DNA from: Acidothermus cellulolyticus 11B | GTDB taxonomy: Bacteria; Actinomycetota; Actinomycetes; Acidothermales; Acidothermaceae | DNA length: 32,000 bases | NCBI RefSeq assembly: GCF_000015025.1 | Contig: NC_008578.1 | Span: 1,140,001-1,172,000 of the forward strand | Reading direction: 5' to 3' | Position numbers and translations under genes: made by a program | The notes under the pieces: model-generated | Told to the model about the DNA's origin: nothing | The model's input: the letters and a program-made list of their open reading frames with translations, nothing else | Database searches by the model: none | Part shown: positions 1 to 9,652 of the stretch, one piece after another | Numbering within the stretch: position 1 is the stretch's first letter | How the letters are laid out: each line of letters opens with the position of its first letter

Positions 1-425
1 ACAAGATTTACCACGCGCTCGTGCAGGGACACCCGGATCCGGTGCGCGGCACCATCGACGCCCCGATCGACCGGCATCCGGTGCACGAGTTCCGGTTCGC
101 GGTCGTCGCCGGCGGAAAGCCGAGCGTCACGCATTACACGACCCTTGAGGCCCTGCCGGCCGCGAGCCTGCTGGAGATCGAACTCGAGACCGGGCGGACC
201 CATCAGATCCGGGTGCACATGGCGGCGATCCGGCATCCGTGCGTCGGTGACCTCATGTACGGCGCTGACCCCACGTTCGCGGCCCGGCTGGGCCTGGACC
301 GCCAGTGGTTGCATGCGGTCCGCTTGCGCTTCACGCACCCGATCCTCGGCAGCCCGATCGAACTCACCTCGTCGTACCCACCGGATTTGGATCGGGCACT
401 GCGGATCGTGCGTCAGGCAGCGTGA
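1..425 (+). CDS. RluA/RluD-family 23S rRNA pseudouridine synthase, C-terminal part. The 5' end lies outside the window and the frame starts at nt 3.
   Basis: The frame is open from the window edge ([11 protein letters not shown]...). It contains the conserved GRTHQIRVH catalytic-domain motif and the LHA...L.F.HP C-terminal block typical of RluA-family enzymes. Stop codon TGA at 423-425. Confidence 0.85.
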   Translation, partial: KIYHALVQGHPDPVRGTIDAPIDRHPVHEFRFAVVAGGKPSVTHYTTLEALPAASLLEIELETGRTHQIRVHMAAIRHPCVGDLMYGADPTFAARLGLDRQWLHAVRLRFTHPILGSPIELTSSYPPDLDRALRIVRQAA

Positions 426-464
426 CGCGTCGCGGCGGTCTAGGGTGACCTCGACGCCACGGTA

Positions 465-500
465 CGTGCGGACACCCGCCACGACGGGTGGCGGTCCGCA
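465..500 (+). terminator. Long GC-rich hairpin between the pseudouridine synthase stop and the next gene. Possible U-tail-less terminator.
   Basis: GTGCGGAC(acc)CGCCAC-gacgg-GTGGCGGTCCGCAC gives 14 paired positions with a 3-nt bulge, 40 nt after the stop codon. No T-run follows it. Confidence 0.35.
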
Positions 501-529
501 CCGCGCTTCAACCAACGAGGGGGTGCACG

Positions 530-937
530 ATGACGGTTCGACGCATCGACTACTACTACGTGACGGTTCCCGACGCTCCGGGCGAAGGACGCCGGGTGTT
601 CTCCTCCCTCGCCGAGCGGGGCGTCAACCTCCTCGCCGTCCTGGCGTTTCCCGTGGGTGACGGGAAGTCGCAGGTCGATCTCGTTCCCGAGGATCCGGCG
701 GCGCTGGAGTCCGCGGCGGGTCAGGCAGGTCTGGAGCTGAGTCCGCGCAAGCATGCGTTCCTCGTGCAGGACGACGACCGGGTCGGCGCGATGGCAGAGG
801 TGGCCGGGAAGCTGGCGGACGCCGGGATCAACGTGACGGCGGCGGCTGCGGTAGCAGCCGGCAACGGTCGGTACGGCATGTTGCTCTGGGTATCGCCCGC
901 CGACTACGAGACGGCGGCGACGGTTCTCGGCGCGTAA
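530..937 (+). CDS. ACT-domain-containing protein (small-molecule-binding regulatory domain)
   Basis: I trimmed ORF 488..937 to the ATG at 530, which is preceded by GAGGGGG. The protein shows two beta-alpha-beta-beta-alpha-beta-like halves (YYVTVPDAPGEG...LAERGVNLL and VQDDDRVGAMAEVAGKLADAGINV) typical of tandem ACT domains. Confidence 0.6.
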   Translation: MTVRRIDYYYVTVPDAPGEGRRVFSSLAERGVNLLAVLAFPVGDGKSQVDLVPEDPAALESAAGQAGLELSPRKHAFLVQDDDRVGAMAEVAGKLADAGINVTAAAAVAAGNGRYGMLLWVSPADYETAATVLGA

Positions 938-1012
938 GAAGGGACCAGACGGTAACGCGCTCGGCGCAGCGGCCGCAGCGGCGTCACGCGCTGCAAGGAG
1001 GGCCGGTGAAGG

Positions 1013-1414
1013 ATGGAGAGCATCGAGATTCCGGTAGCGACGGGCAGCACGCTGGTCAGCGATGTCACCGACGAGGTTGAGCGGTTCTGCGCGGGCCGCG
1101 GTGACGGCCTGGTGCACGTCTTCGTCCCGCACGCCACGTGCGGCGTTGCGCTGATGGAGACCGGCTCCGGCAGCGAGCACGATCTTGCGGCGGTCGTCGA
1201 TCGGCTGTTGCCGCGCGACGGCCGGTATCGCCACGCGCACGGCTCCCCGGGACACGGTCGCGATCACCTGCTGCCTGTCTTCGTCTCGCCGTCCCTCGTG
1301 CTGCCGGTTCTCGGCGGACGGCTGGCTCTCGGCACGTGGCAACGCGTCGTCCTCGTGGACACCAACGTGGACAACCCGCGCCGCCGGGTTCGGCTCTCGT
1401 TTCTCTCCGGTTGA
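1013..1414 (+). CDS. YjbQ/UPF0047-family protein (secondary thiamine-phosphate synthase family)
   Basis: 133 aa. It has the family-typical blocks VHVFVPHATCGVALMETGSG, the HGRDHLL-type His-rich segment, and LGTWQRVVLVD. AAGGAGGG lies upstream of the ATG. Confidence 0.75.
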   Translation: MESIEIPVATGSTLVSDVTDEVERFCAGRGDGLVHVFVPHATCGVALMETGSGSEHDLAAVVDRLLPRDGRYRHAHGSPGHGRDHLLPVFVSPSLVLPVLGGRLALGTWQRVVLVDTNVDNPRRRVRLSFLSG

Positions 1415-1506
1415 CGCACCACGCGGCCAGGGAGTACCCGCGCGTCGGCTACGACCCGGAGCGGGGCGTCCAGTACCCTCCCGGTGGTGACCGAGGAGGG
1501 TGAGCC

Positions 1507-2513
<1,007 letters not shown>

Positions 2514-2514
<1 letters not shown>

Positions 2515-2687
2515 TGTTCTGCGAGCGCTGCGGCCAGCCGGTGACCGACGGCGACCATTCGCGCTGCGGCGTGGTCCGGGTCTGGGAGCCGCCGCGGTAC
2601 TGCGCAATTTGCGCCCGACGGCTCGTCGTTCAGGTGTTGCCGACCGGGTGGACGGCGCGGTGTCCGGCACACGGGGAGGTGCGGTGA
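2514..2687 (+). CDS. bsaP: Small Cys-rich zinc-ribbon-like protein (57 aa), resembling the biotin synthase auxiliary protein encoded downstream of mycobacterial bioB
   Basis: Hand translation gives [57 protein letters not shown]. It contains CxxC, CxxC and further Cys/His residues. Its ATG overlaps the bioB stop (TGATG) and its TGA overlaps the bioA GTG (GTGA). It is below the size cutoff of the ORF track. Confidence 0.7.
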
Positions 2688-4009
2688 GCGTCTCAGCAGT
2701 GGCCCGACGCCGTCCGGAACCGGATCCGCTCCTCGTCTTTGATCGGGCGCACCTGTGGCACCCGTACGACTCTGCGATCGCGCCGGGTCCGGTCCGCCGG
2801 GTGGTCTCGGCGTCCGGTGCGCGGCTGCGGCTGGCCGACGGACGGGAGCTGATCGACGGCATGTCGTCGTGGTGGTGCGCCATCCATGGCTACCGGCACC
2901 CGGTCCTCGACGAAGCGGCGCGTGCGCAGCTGGAGCGGATGAGTCACGTGATGTTCGGCGGGCTGACCCATGAGCCGGCGATCGCGCTGGCCGCCGAGCT
3001 GCTCGACTTCGTCTCCGACCCCGACGGTCGTCCCGTCTTCGACCACGTGTTCTTCGCCGACTCGGGGTCGGTAGCGGTGGAGGTGGCGTTGAAGATGGCC
3101 GCGCAGTTCGGCGCGGGCACCGGCCGTCTCGGACGGCGGATTCTCGCCCTGCGCGGCGCCTACCACGGCGACACTCTCGGCGCGATGAGCGTCTGCGACC
3201 CCGTCGATGGCATGCACCGGCTCTTCGCCGGCACGCTGCCCACCCAGCTCTTCGCCCCACGGCCGCCGGCGGGGCTGGACGCGGACATTGCGGAGTGGAC
3301 GGCGCAGGTGAGCGGCATCGTCGCCGAACACGCCGATGAACTTGTTGCCATCATCGTGGAACCGGTCCTCCAGGGGGCGGGCGGCATGTTCGTCTACCCG
3401 CCGGCATGTCTGCGCGTGCTGCGCGAACTTGCCGATCGCTACGACCTCCTGCTCATCTTTGATGAGATCGCGACCGGTTTTGGCCGGACCGGGGAGCTTT
3501 TCGCCATGCGCCACGCGGAGGTGTACCCGGACATCTGCTGTGTCGGCAAGGCGCTGACCGGGGGGTACCTCACCCTGGCCGCGGTGCTGTGCACGGCCCG
3601 GGTTGCCGAAGGCGTCTGCGCCGCCGAGCCGGGGGTGCTCATGCACGGCCCGACGTTCATGGCGAATCCGCTGGCATGCGCGGTGGCCGCGGCCAACCTG
3701 CGGCTGCTCCGCGCCGGCACCTGGCGCGCCAACGTGCACCGCATCGAGAACCGACTCCGCATCGGCCTTGCGGAGTGCGTGCAGGCCCCTGGGGTGCGGG
3801 ACGTACGCGTGCTCGGCGCGGTCGGCGTCGTGCAGTGCGACCGGCCGGTCGACGTACCGGCTGTCACGGACGTCCTGGTGGAGCGCGGGGTGTGGCTGCG
3901 CCCGTTCCGTGATCTGATCTACACGATGCCGCCGTACATCTGCACGGATGACGAGGTGGACGCGATCAGCGCCGCGATTCGGGACGCGGTGACGGTGACG
4001 GCGCGATGA
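2684..4009 (+). CDS. bioA: Adenosylmethionine-8-amino-7-oxononanoate aminotransferase
   Basis: I trimmed ORF 2426..4009 to the GTG at 2684, which has GGGGAGG upstream. [43 protein letters not shown] and GKALTGGY (PLP lysine) match the BioA family. Confidence 0.95.
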   Translation: MSVSAVARRRPEPDPLLVFDRAHLWHPYDSAIAPGPVRRVVSASGARLRLADGRELIDGMSSWWCAIHGYRHPVLDEAARAQLERMSHVMFGGLTHEPAIALAAELLDFVSDPDGRPVFDHVFFADSGSVAVEVALKMAAQFGAGTGRLGRRILALRGAYHGDTLGAMSVCDPVDGMHRLFAGTLPTQLFAPRPPAGLDADIAEWTAQVSGIVAEHADELVAIIVEPVLQGAGGMFVYPPACLRVLRELADRYDLLLIFDEIATGFGRTGELFAMRHAEVYPDICCVGKALTGGYLTLAAVLCTARVAEGVCAAEPGVLMHGPTFMANPLACAVAAANLRLLRAGTWRANVHRIENRLRIGLAECVQAPGVRDVRVLGAVGVVQCDRPVDVPAVTDVLVERGVWLRPFRDLIYTMPPYICTDDEVDAISAAIRDAVTVTAR

Positions 4010-5259
4010 GCGGGGCGACTGACGCGGCCGAGCGCGAGACCGAGATCCTTTATCGCGACTGGTACGCGACTGACCCGCGTCGTCCGGTCATCCGGGTGGG
4101 GCGGCATTGGCTGGTCTCCTCGCGCGCATTGGTGAAGGCCGTGCTTCTCGATCAGGAGACGTTCGCCGCGGACAACACCCTGGACGCCGAAACACCGATG
4201 TCCGTTGCGGCGCTGCGCATCCTGGCTGGGCATCGGTTTCGGCTGCCGCACACGTTGGCGAACAATTCGGGACCGAGCCACGCCGGGTGGCGCCGCTTGC
4301 TAGCGCCGTATTTCTCACCCTCGGCGATCGAACGGCATCGGGCGTACGTCGACCGCGTGGCGGAGCAGCTGGTGGCGGAGGCCGCGGCGGTGTTGGCCCG
4401 TGACGGTGTCGTCGACCTGCATGCGGCGGTTTCTCAGCCGCTCCCGCTCGTCGTCCTTGACCGGATCATTGGTCTGCCGCCCGACGACATCGCCACCGTG
4501 AAGCGGTTTGCCGCCGCGGCGCTGGAGCTGTTCTGGGCGCCGCTCACCCCGGAGCGGCAGCGGGTTCTTGCCGATCAGGTGGGGGCGTATCACGCCCGGT
4601 TGCGCCGTTTTGCCCAGACCGCCGGCGGTCTGGGCGCGGAGCTCCGCGATCACGCGCAGCGGACCGGTCTCAGTGACGACGACGTCGTCGGCGTTCTCTT
4701 TTTCCTTGTGGTGGCCGGGCAGGAGACCACATCGCAGTTCTTGACGGCGTTGTTTGCCCGGCTGCTTGCTGAGCCCGCGGTACTGGCCGGCCTGCGGAGG
4801 GGTCGAATCGCCGTGGCAGACGTCGTCGCCGAAGGTCTGCGGCTGCTGACGCCGGTGGTGACGTGGCGGCGGGTGGCCACCCGTGACGTGGTGCTCGGCG
4901 GGACGACGATTCCCCGCGGCGGGTCGATTGTGCTGCGGCTTGCGGCCGCGGGCCGCGACCCGGACGAGGTTGCTGAACCGGAGCATTTCCTGCCCGGCCA
5001 GCGCGGCTCCCGCCGGCATCTCGCCTTCGGCGCGGGAGCCCATCGCTGCCTCGGGGCGCAGCTTGCCACGATGGAAGCCGAAATCGTCGTGACGCGGATC
5101 GCGGATCTCCTCGCGGAAGCCGAGGTTGTGCGGGCGCCGCGGCATCCGCTGAACCTGTCGTTTCGCATGCCCGATGCTCTCGTCGTTCGGAGTGCCGCTG
5201 TATCGGCGGGCGTGGCGCCGGCGGGCGGGTCATGTCGCGGCCGGTCGCGGAGCATGTGA
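4006..5259 (+). CDS. Cytochrome P450, translationally coupled to bioA
   Basis: It has the I-helix VVAGQETTS, the ExxR motif (EGLR) and the heme-binding loop [10 protein letters not shown]. Its ATG overlaps the bioA stop (ATGA). Confidence 0.9.
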   Translation: MSGATDAAERETEILYRDWYATDPRRPVIRVGRHWLVSSRALVKAVLLDQETFAADNTLDAETPMSVAALRILAGHRFRLPHTLANNSGPSHAGWRRLLAPYFSPSAIERHRAYVDRVAEQLVAEAAAVLARDGVVDLHAAVSQPLPLVVLDRIIGLPPDDIATVKRFAAAALELFWAPLTPERQRVLADQVGAYHARLRRFAQTAGGLGAELRDHAQRTGLSDDDVVGVLFFLVVAGQETTSQFLTALFARLLAEPAVLAGLRRGRIAVADVVAEGLRLLTPVVTWRRVATRDVVLGGTTIPRGGSIVLRLAAAGRDPDEVAEPEHFLPGQRGSRRHLAFGAGAHRCLGAQLATMEAEIVVTRIADLLAEAEVVRAPRHPLNLSFRMPDALVVRSAAVSAGVAPAGGSCRGRSRSM

Positions 5260-6360
5260 CCACGGTGCCGGACTGACAAGCACCGGCTGCTGGCTCTTCA
5301 CGGCGTCGTCGATCGCGCAGGCGATGAGGTGGTCTTGGCAGGCTTCGGCCAGCGGGTAAGGGGGCGGGCCGGATTCGCGCACCCACGCGGCCATGTCGGC
5401 AAGAATGTCGGCGACCGCGACGTCGTCTTCGGAGAGTCGAGCGCCAAAGAAGCGGTTGCGGTACATGACCTGGCCGTCAAGGCTGATGTGGTCGAGATCA
5501 ACTCCTTCGAGATTGAGGTCGATACCGACGCGCCTGCGGACCAACACGGATTGCACCGGTGTGAACGGATCGACAAGGCGGACGACGGTCTCGTCGACCC
5601 ACTCGCCGAGGCTGCCGCGGACGACGATCCGCCGGGCCCGAAGCGGGTTCCACCATTGGTTGTCGGTGAACGTGTACGTGGCGAATCGTCCGCCGAAGTC
5701 GAGCCAGGCGTAGGTGGTCGTAACGGGCTGGGGAGTGGCGTCGCCGCGCCATCCGTCTTTTGTGAGCGGATCGGCAAGTGGGGCAGTGACGGCGGTGGCC
5801 CGCACGACCGGAAGGGTGAAGCCGACGTCCAGGTAATGCCGCAGCAGGGAGACGGCGTGGTACAAATGCGTCGAAGAAATGTCGGCCGACGTCGGTTCGC
5901 CGATGAGCCCGGAGCGTATGGCGGCCAGTCGCGCGGCGTGGCCCGGCATTCGCGTGTATTGTTCGGCAACTTGTACCAGGCCGCTCTCGCCCACTTTCTG
6001 CCACAGGGCGCGAAGTCCGGGGACGTCGGGCGCGGGCGGGGTTTCGGTAAGAACAGGGATTCCCTGTCGTACCACCGCTTCCGTGCATTCCGGTGTGGCG
6101 TCCCACGACACGGCGACAACGACAAAATCGGGACGCCGCGCAGCAAGCGCATCCTCAAGTGTCGCGTGGACCGGTACCTTCCAGTGCGTCGCGAGATACT
6201 CCCGACGCGAGGCCGTTCGTGCGACGACGCCGGTGACGGTGAACCATTCCGGCGCCGCTGCGGCGATGCGGAGGAGGAATTCGGCCCGCCATCCTGCACC
6301 GATGATGGCGAAGCACGCCGGACCGTCAGCCGGTGGCCGACGCCACGGTACGGCAGTCAT
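5230..6360 (-). CDS. Gfo/Idh/MocA-family NAD(P)-dependent oxidoreductase
   Basis: The N-terminal Rossmann segment is FAIIGAGWRAEF, followed by the family-typical DFVVVAV...A....G.PVL.E.P block. GGAAAGGA lies upstream of the ATG at 6360. Its 3' end overlaps the convergent P450 gene by 30 nt. Confidence 0.8.
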   Translation of the reverse strand: MTAVPWRRPPADGPACFAIIGAGWRAEFLLRIAAAAPEWFTVTGVVARTASRREYLATHWKVPVHATLEDALAARRPDFVVVAVSWDATPECTEAVVRQGIPVLTETPPAPDVPGLRALWQKVGESGLVQVAEQYTRMPGHAARLAAIRSGLIGEPTSADISSTHLYHAVSLLRHYLDVGFTLPVVRATAVTAPLADPLTKDGWRGDATPQPVTTTYAWLDFGGRFATYTFTDNQWWNPLRARRIVVRGSLGEWVDETVVRLVDPFTPVQSVLVRRRVGIDLNLEGVDLDHISLDGQVMYRNRFFGARLSEDDVAVADILADMAAWVRESGPPPYPLAEACQDHLIACAIDDAVKSQQPVLVSPAPWSHAPRPAAT

Positions 6361-6573
6361 GCTCCACGGTCCTTTCCCTCGCGCGACCGGCGACCCACGC
6401 CGGCGCGTCGGTCACGGAGTGACCCCGAGCCGCCGACGCCGTCGTGAGGACGCCGCCACGGCGCGCCGCCGTCGGGCTTGCTCTCCGGTTTGCGATCCCT
6501 CACCTGGGTCTCGCGTAGTCGCTCCCTAATCGGCGTCCCGGGTCGTCGCTCGGACGGAGCCGGATCCAAAGGT

Positions 6574-6662
6574 CGTCTGGATGCTACGTGACCCTGGACG
6601 ATGCCAACGACTCGGCGGCCGTGCTCCAGTCGCGCGTGCTGCGCCGTCTGGATGCTACGTGA
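6574..6662. repeat. Exact 18-bp direct repeat CGTCTGGATGCTACGTGA at 6574-6591 and 6645-6662 (start-to-start 71 bp)
   Basis: Read directly from the sequence. The second copy contains the stop codon and last two codons of the SDR gene on the minus strand. Confidence 0.9.
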
Positions 6663-7350
6663 GCTGCCAGCCGCCGTCCACGTAGAGCTGCACGGCGTTC
6701 ACCGCCCTGTTGGTCAGGAGAAAATCGACCGCGTCAACGATGTCGGCCATGGTGGCTAATCTGCCGAGCGGCGTACGCGAACGGTATCCCTCGAGGACCT
6801 CCGCAGGCTTGCCCGCCCAGTACGGACTGTCGCCGACAATTCCCGGGTGAATGGCATTGAACCGGATCGGCGCCAATTCCCACGCGAGTGTGTTCACCAT
6901 GCCGATGACGCCGCCGTTGACCGTGGAAACCGTGGTTGAACCGGGATAGGGCTTGTCCTTTGCGCGTCCGCCGAAAATGACGACCGAGGATTCGTCGTGC
7001 ATCGCCGGTAGGAGAGTGTGCACGACCTCGGTGTAGGAGACGAGCTTGATGGTGGCGAGCCGAATCGCCCGATCAATGTCGTATTCGCGGACGCTGTTGG
7101 TGTCTCGATCGATGGCGGCAAGGACAAGGTGGTCCACGCGGTCAATGTCGGCCAGTTTTTCTTTGATGCGGTGGGGTTCGGTGAGGTCGACGCCGATGCC
7201 GCGCGCACCATCGCCGAGCTGGGCGGCGGCATCGGCGGCGGTTTTGTCGTCCCGACCTGTAATCACCACGGTGTCGCCGTTGCCGAGCCGGTGCCGGGCG
7301 ATTTCCCAACCGATGCCGCGGGTTCCCCCGACGATGACCGTCGTCGTCAC
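6655..7350 (-). CDS. Short-chain dehydrogenase/reductase (SDR) family oxidoreductase
   Basis: It has the GGTRGIG dinucleotide-binding motif near the N-terminus. I prefer the GTG start at 7350 because it forms a GTGA overlap with the bicupin stop and has GGAAGGGAG 6 nt upstream. The track's ATG at 7374 is an alternative. Confidence 0.85.
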   Translation of the reverse strand: MTTTVIVGGTRGIGWEIARHRLGNGDTVVITGRDDKTAADAAAQLGDGARGIGVDLTEPHRIKEKLADIDRVDHLVLAAIDRDTNSVREYDIDRAIRLATIKLVSYTEVVHTLLPAMHDESSVVIFGGRAKDKPYPGSTTVSTVNGGVIGMVNTLAWELAPIRFNAIHPGIVGDSPYWAGKPAEVLEGYRSRTPLGRLATMADIVDAVDFLLTNRAVNAVQLYVDGGWQLT

Positions 7351-8282
7351 GACATGCTCCCTTCCGAGGCCCATTTGGTGCTGGCGAGTTCTTTCGCGAG
7401 TCGATCGCGCAGGTAATCCCAGTCGCGGGCGAACCGATACGAGTAGCGCGACGGCGGTTGCGGCGCCTGGGTCTCCAGCCAGCGCACCGGCACGTCACCG
7501 GTGTTGCGGAAACCATGCGGGCAGCCAACACCCGCCCACGCGACGTCGCCGGGCCCGAGGGTGTACGTCGCATCGCCGAAAGTCGCCTCGACATGTCCTT
7601 CGAGGATGAGATAGGTCTCCTCGAACGGATGGTCGTGGGGACTGGCGAACCCGCCGGGTTCGTACTGAACCATGAACATCGTCGAGAGCACGGCGCCGAG
7701 ATCCGAATCGATCATCATCTTGACCGAGATCCCGCTGTAGACGAGGAGCGCAGTGCGCATGCTTGCCGAGACGGCAAGCCGATCCTGGGTCTGCAGCGCC
7801 GGATTCATGTTCTCCGGGTCAATGTGCCCGTACCGGCGGGTCCGCGGGTCACGGACATCGGGCCGGATCGGTACGGCGTCCGGCTGCGGTGGAACCACGA
7901 GCGTGTCCAGACCATGCGTAGCGCGCGGCTGGGGAGCGGACATCCGGGCGAACCGGACGGTTGTTCCGCTCTCATTGCGCAATGTGTGCGGCACCGCCAC
8001 CGGAATCCAGCCGTAGTCACCCGTGGTGAGAAGAGCGGCGCCGTCCGGCGTACCGACGACGACTTCCCCGGTGAGCACGTAAAGGCTCTCTTCGTAGGAA
8101 TGGACATGCCAGGGCAGTCGCCCGCCGGGCTCGAGTTCAGCGAGACCGAACCCGGTGTGCACGGCCGGCCCTGCCGAGTCGACGACCGACCAGCCCCGGT
8201 ATCCGACCGCGGAGTCAAGCGGCGCCGGCGCCGGTTGCCACACCGCATCGGCGGCGCGGCACACCAGGTGCGCAGGATTCAC
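7347..8282 (-). CDS. Bicupin protein (two cupin domains, both with intact metal-ligand motifs)
   Basis: Domain 1 has GGRLPWHVHSYEESLYVLTG and GDYGWIPVAVPHTLRN. Domain 2 has GGFASPHDHPFEETYLILEG and GPGDVAWAGVGCPHGFRN. Its GTG start overlaps the upstream stop (GTGA). Confidence 0.8.
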   Translation of the reverse strand: MNPAHLVCRAADAVWQPAPAPLDSAVGYRGWSVVDSAGPAVHTGFGLAELEPGGRLPWHVHSYEESLYVLTGEVVVGTPDGAALLTTGDYGWIPVAVPHTLRNESGTTVRFARMSAPQPRATHGLDTLVVPPQPDAVPIRPDVRDPRTRRYGHIDPENMNPALQTQDRLAVSASMRTALLVYSGISVKMMIDSDLGAVLSTMFMVQYEPGGFASPHDHPFEETYLILEGHVEATFGDATYTLGPGDVAWAGVGCPHGFRNTGDVPVRWLETQAPQPPSRYSYRFARDWDYLRDRLAKELASTKWASEGSMS

Positions 8283-9634
8283 CCCACCTGCTCCTTCTTC
8301 TGCGCCGCCGCTGCCACGAGGTAATCCCGGGAATTCTCGACGAGAGTCCGCACCCGGTTCACGTCGGTGAGGAGCTTTCCGTCACGCTTACGGAACCCGC
8401 CATTGACGATGACGTGCTCGACGTTGGACACGTCGGCCGAGATGACGACGGCGGCGACTGGGTCGTGCACCGGGGCCATGTTCAGGGCGCGGGCGTCCAG
8501 TATCACGACGTCCGCTTTCTTACCCGGTGTGAGGGAACCAATGTGATCCTCGAGTCCCACCACGTGTGCTCCGTTGCGGGTGGCCATTTCGAGCATTCGG
8601 CGTGCTGTCGGAGTGTCCTCGGGGATCGGCTGGTCGAGTTCCCAGTAGACGGCGTTGATCCGGGCCCGCTCGCCGGCGAATGCGGCACGCATTTCGGTGA
8701 ACATGTCGCCGGGAACGGTGGTGACGACATCGATGGAGAGACTCGGCCGCAGGCCGTAACGGTGTGCCTTCTGTACCGGCGGCCAGCCGTGGCCCATCTG
8801 CATTTCCACCTGCGGCGCGATGGATATGGTGCCGCCGGTGTCGGCAACCCGCCGCCATTCGTGCTCGCTGAAGTAACAGCAGTGAATGTAGGTGATATCC
8901 GGCCCCAGTAAGCCAAGCCGATCGAGCTGCTCGACCATGCCGTACCGTCCGGCCAGCCGGCCCATGCCGACATGCACGGTTATTGGAATGCCAAGCTCAC
9001 GGGCGAGCCCCCACTCGGCGCGGACAACGTCATCTTGGGTGAAGCCTGGTCCGCGGGTGGCAAGCGCCATGGTGAGCAGCCCTTGATCCGAGGAGAAGTA
9101 TGTGCTGCGGATGCGCCGTACGTCATCAGCCGGAATCGCCTCGGCGCTGAAGAACCAATATTTCTGCAGTGAGGTGTTCGCGCTGCCGTAGGCGTACTGT
9201 GCGCGGATGCCCGCCTCTTGCAGTCCGCGGATAGCCGCATCCGGATGTTCGGGCGTGTTGTTGATGTGTGACCAGTCGACGAGAGTCGTGATGCCGGCAT
9301 TGAGGCATTCGAGCGCACCGGCAAGGTTGCTGGCGTACACGTCGTCAGCTCGATAGAGAGGAGCGAAGGTGTCGAGAATCTCCACGAAGTAATCGTCGAG
9401 GGTTGCGTTCGGCGCACAGTTGCGGATCGCCGCTTCCCACGTGTGACGGTGCGTATCGATCAGTCCAGGGATGACGATGCGTCCTGTGCAGTCAACAATC
9501 TCAGCATCCGCGTGAATGCTCGGTTGAACGGCGGCGATTCGATCATCCTCGATAAGGACGTCACCAGTGGGTAGGTCGCCGATCTGTTCGTCCATGGTAA
9601 TGACGGTGCCGCCTTTGAGAAGGATCTTGCCCAT
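8279..9634 (-). CDS. Amidohydrolase-superfamily enzyme (ATZ/TRZ / cytosine-deaminase-like aminohydrolase subgroup)
   Basis: The N-terminal beta-sandwich is followed by the HxH motif (LIDTHRHTWE), later His/Asp ligand blocks (ITVHVG, YIHCCY, SIDVV), and the C-terminal GSLTPGKKADVVILD block typical of this subgroup. Confidence 0.85.
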   Translation of the reverse strand: MGKILLKGGTVITMDEQIGDLPTGDVLIEDDRIAAVQPSIHADAEIVDCTGRIVIPGLIDTHRHTWEAAIRNCAPNATLDDYFVEILDTFAPLYRADDVYASNLAGALECLNAGITTLVDWSHINNTPEHPDAAIRGLQEAGIRAQYAYGSANTSLQKYWFFSAEAIPADDVRRIRSTYFSSDQGLLTMALATRGPGFTQDDVVRAEWGLARELGIPITVHVGMGRLAGRYGMVEQLDRLGLLGPDITYIHCCYFSEHEWRRVADTGGTISIAPQVEMQMGHGWPPVQKAHRYGLRPSLSIDVVTTVPGDMFTEMRAAFAGERARINAVYWELDQPIPEDTPTARRMLEMATRNGAHVVGLEDHIGSLTPGKKADVVILDARALNMAPVHDPVAAVVISADVSNVEHVIVNGGFRKRDGKLLTDVNRVRTLVENSRDYLVAAAAQKKEQVG

Positions 9635-9652
9635 ATCGACCCCTTTCGCTGG

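Noticed and set aside
440-1342. A 300-aa minus-strand ORF
   Set aside because: It is antisense to the ACT-domain and YjbQ genes, is Arg-rich and low in complexity, and has no recognisable motifs. It is a typical high-GC shadow ORF.
1415-1506. A biotin-responsive operator (BioQ-type TGAAC-N3-GTTCA, or a BirA-type long palindrome) upstream of bioB
   Set aside because: No such dyad is present in this spacer, and none in 21473-21706. Regulation remains unknown rather than assigned.
5329-6447. A 372-aa plus-strand ORF
   Set aside because: It is antisense to the Gfo/Idh/MocA gene, which has a clear Rossmann motif and RBS. The shadow ORF has no motifs.
6357-6569. A 70-aa minus-strand ORF in the SDR/Gfo spacer
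   Set aside because: It is extremely Arg/Gly/Pro-rich, overlaps the Gfo start and has no RBS. It is more likely non-coding.
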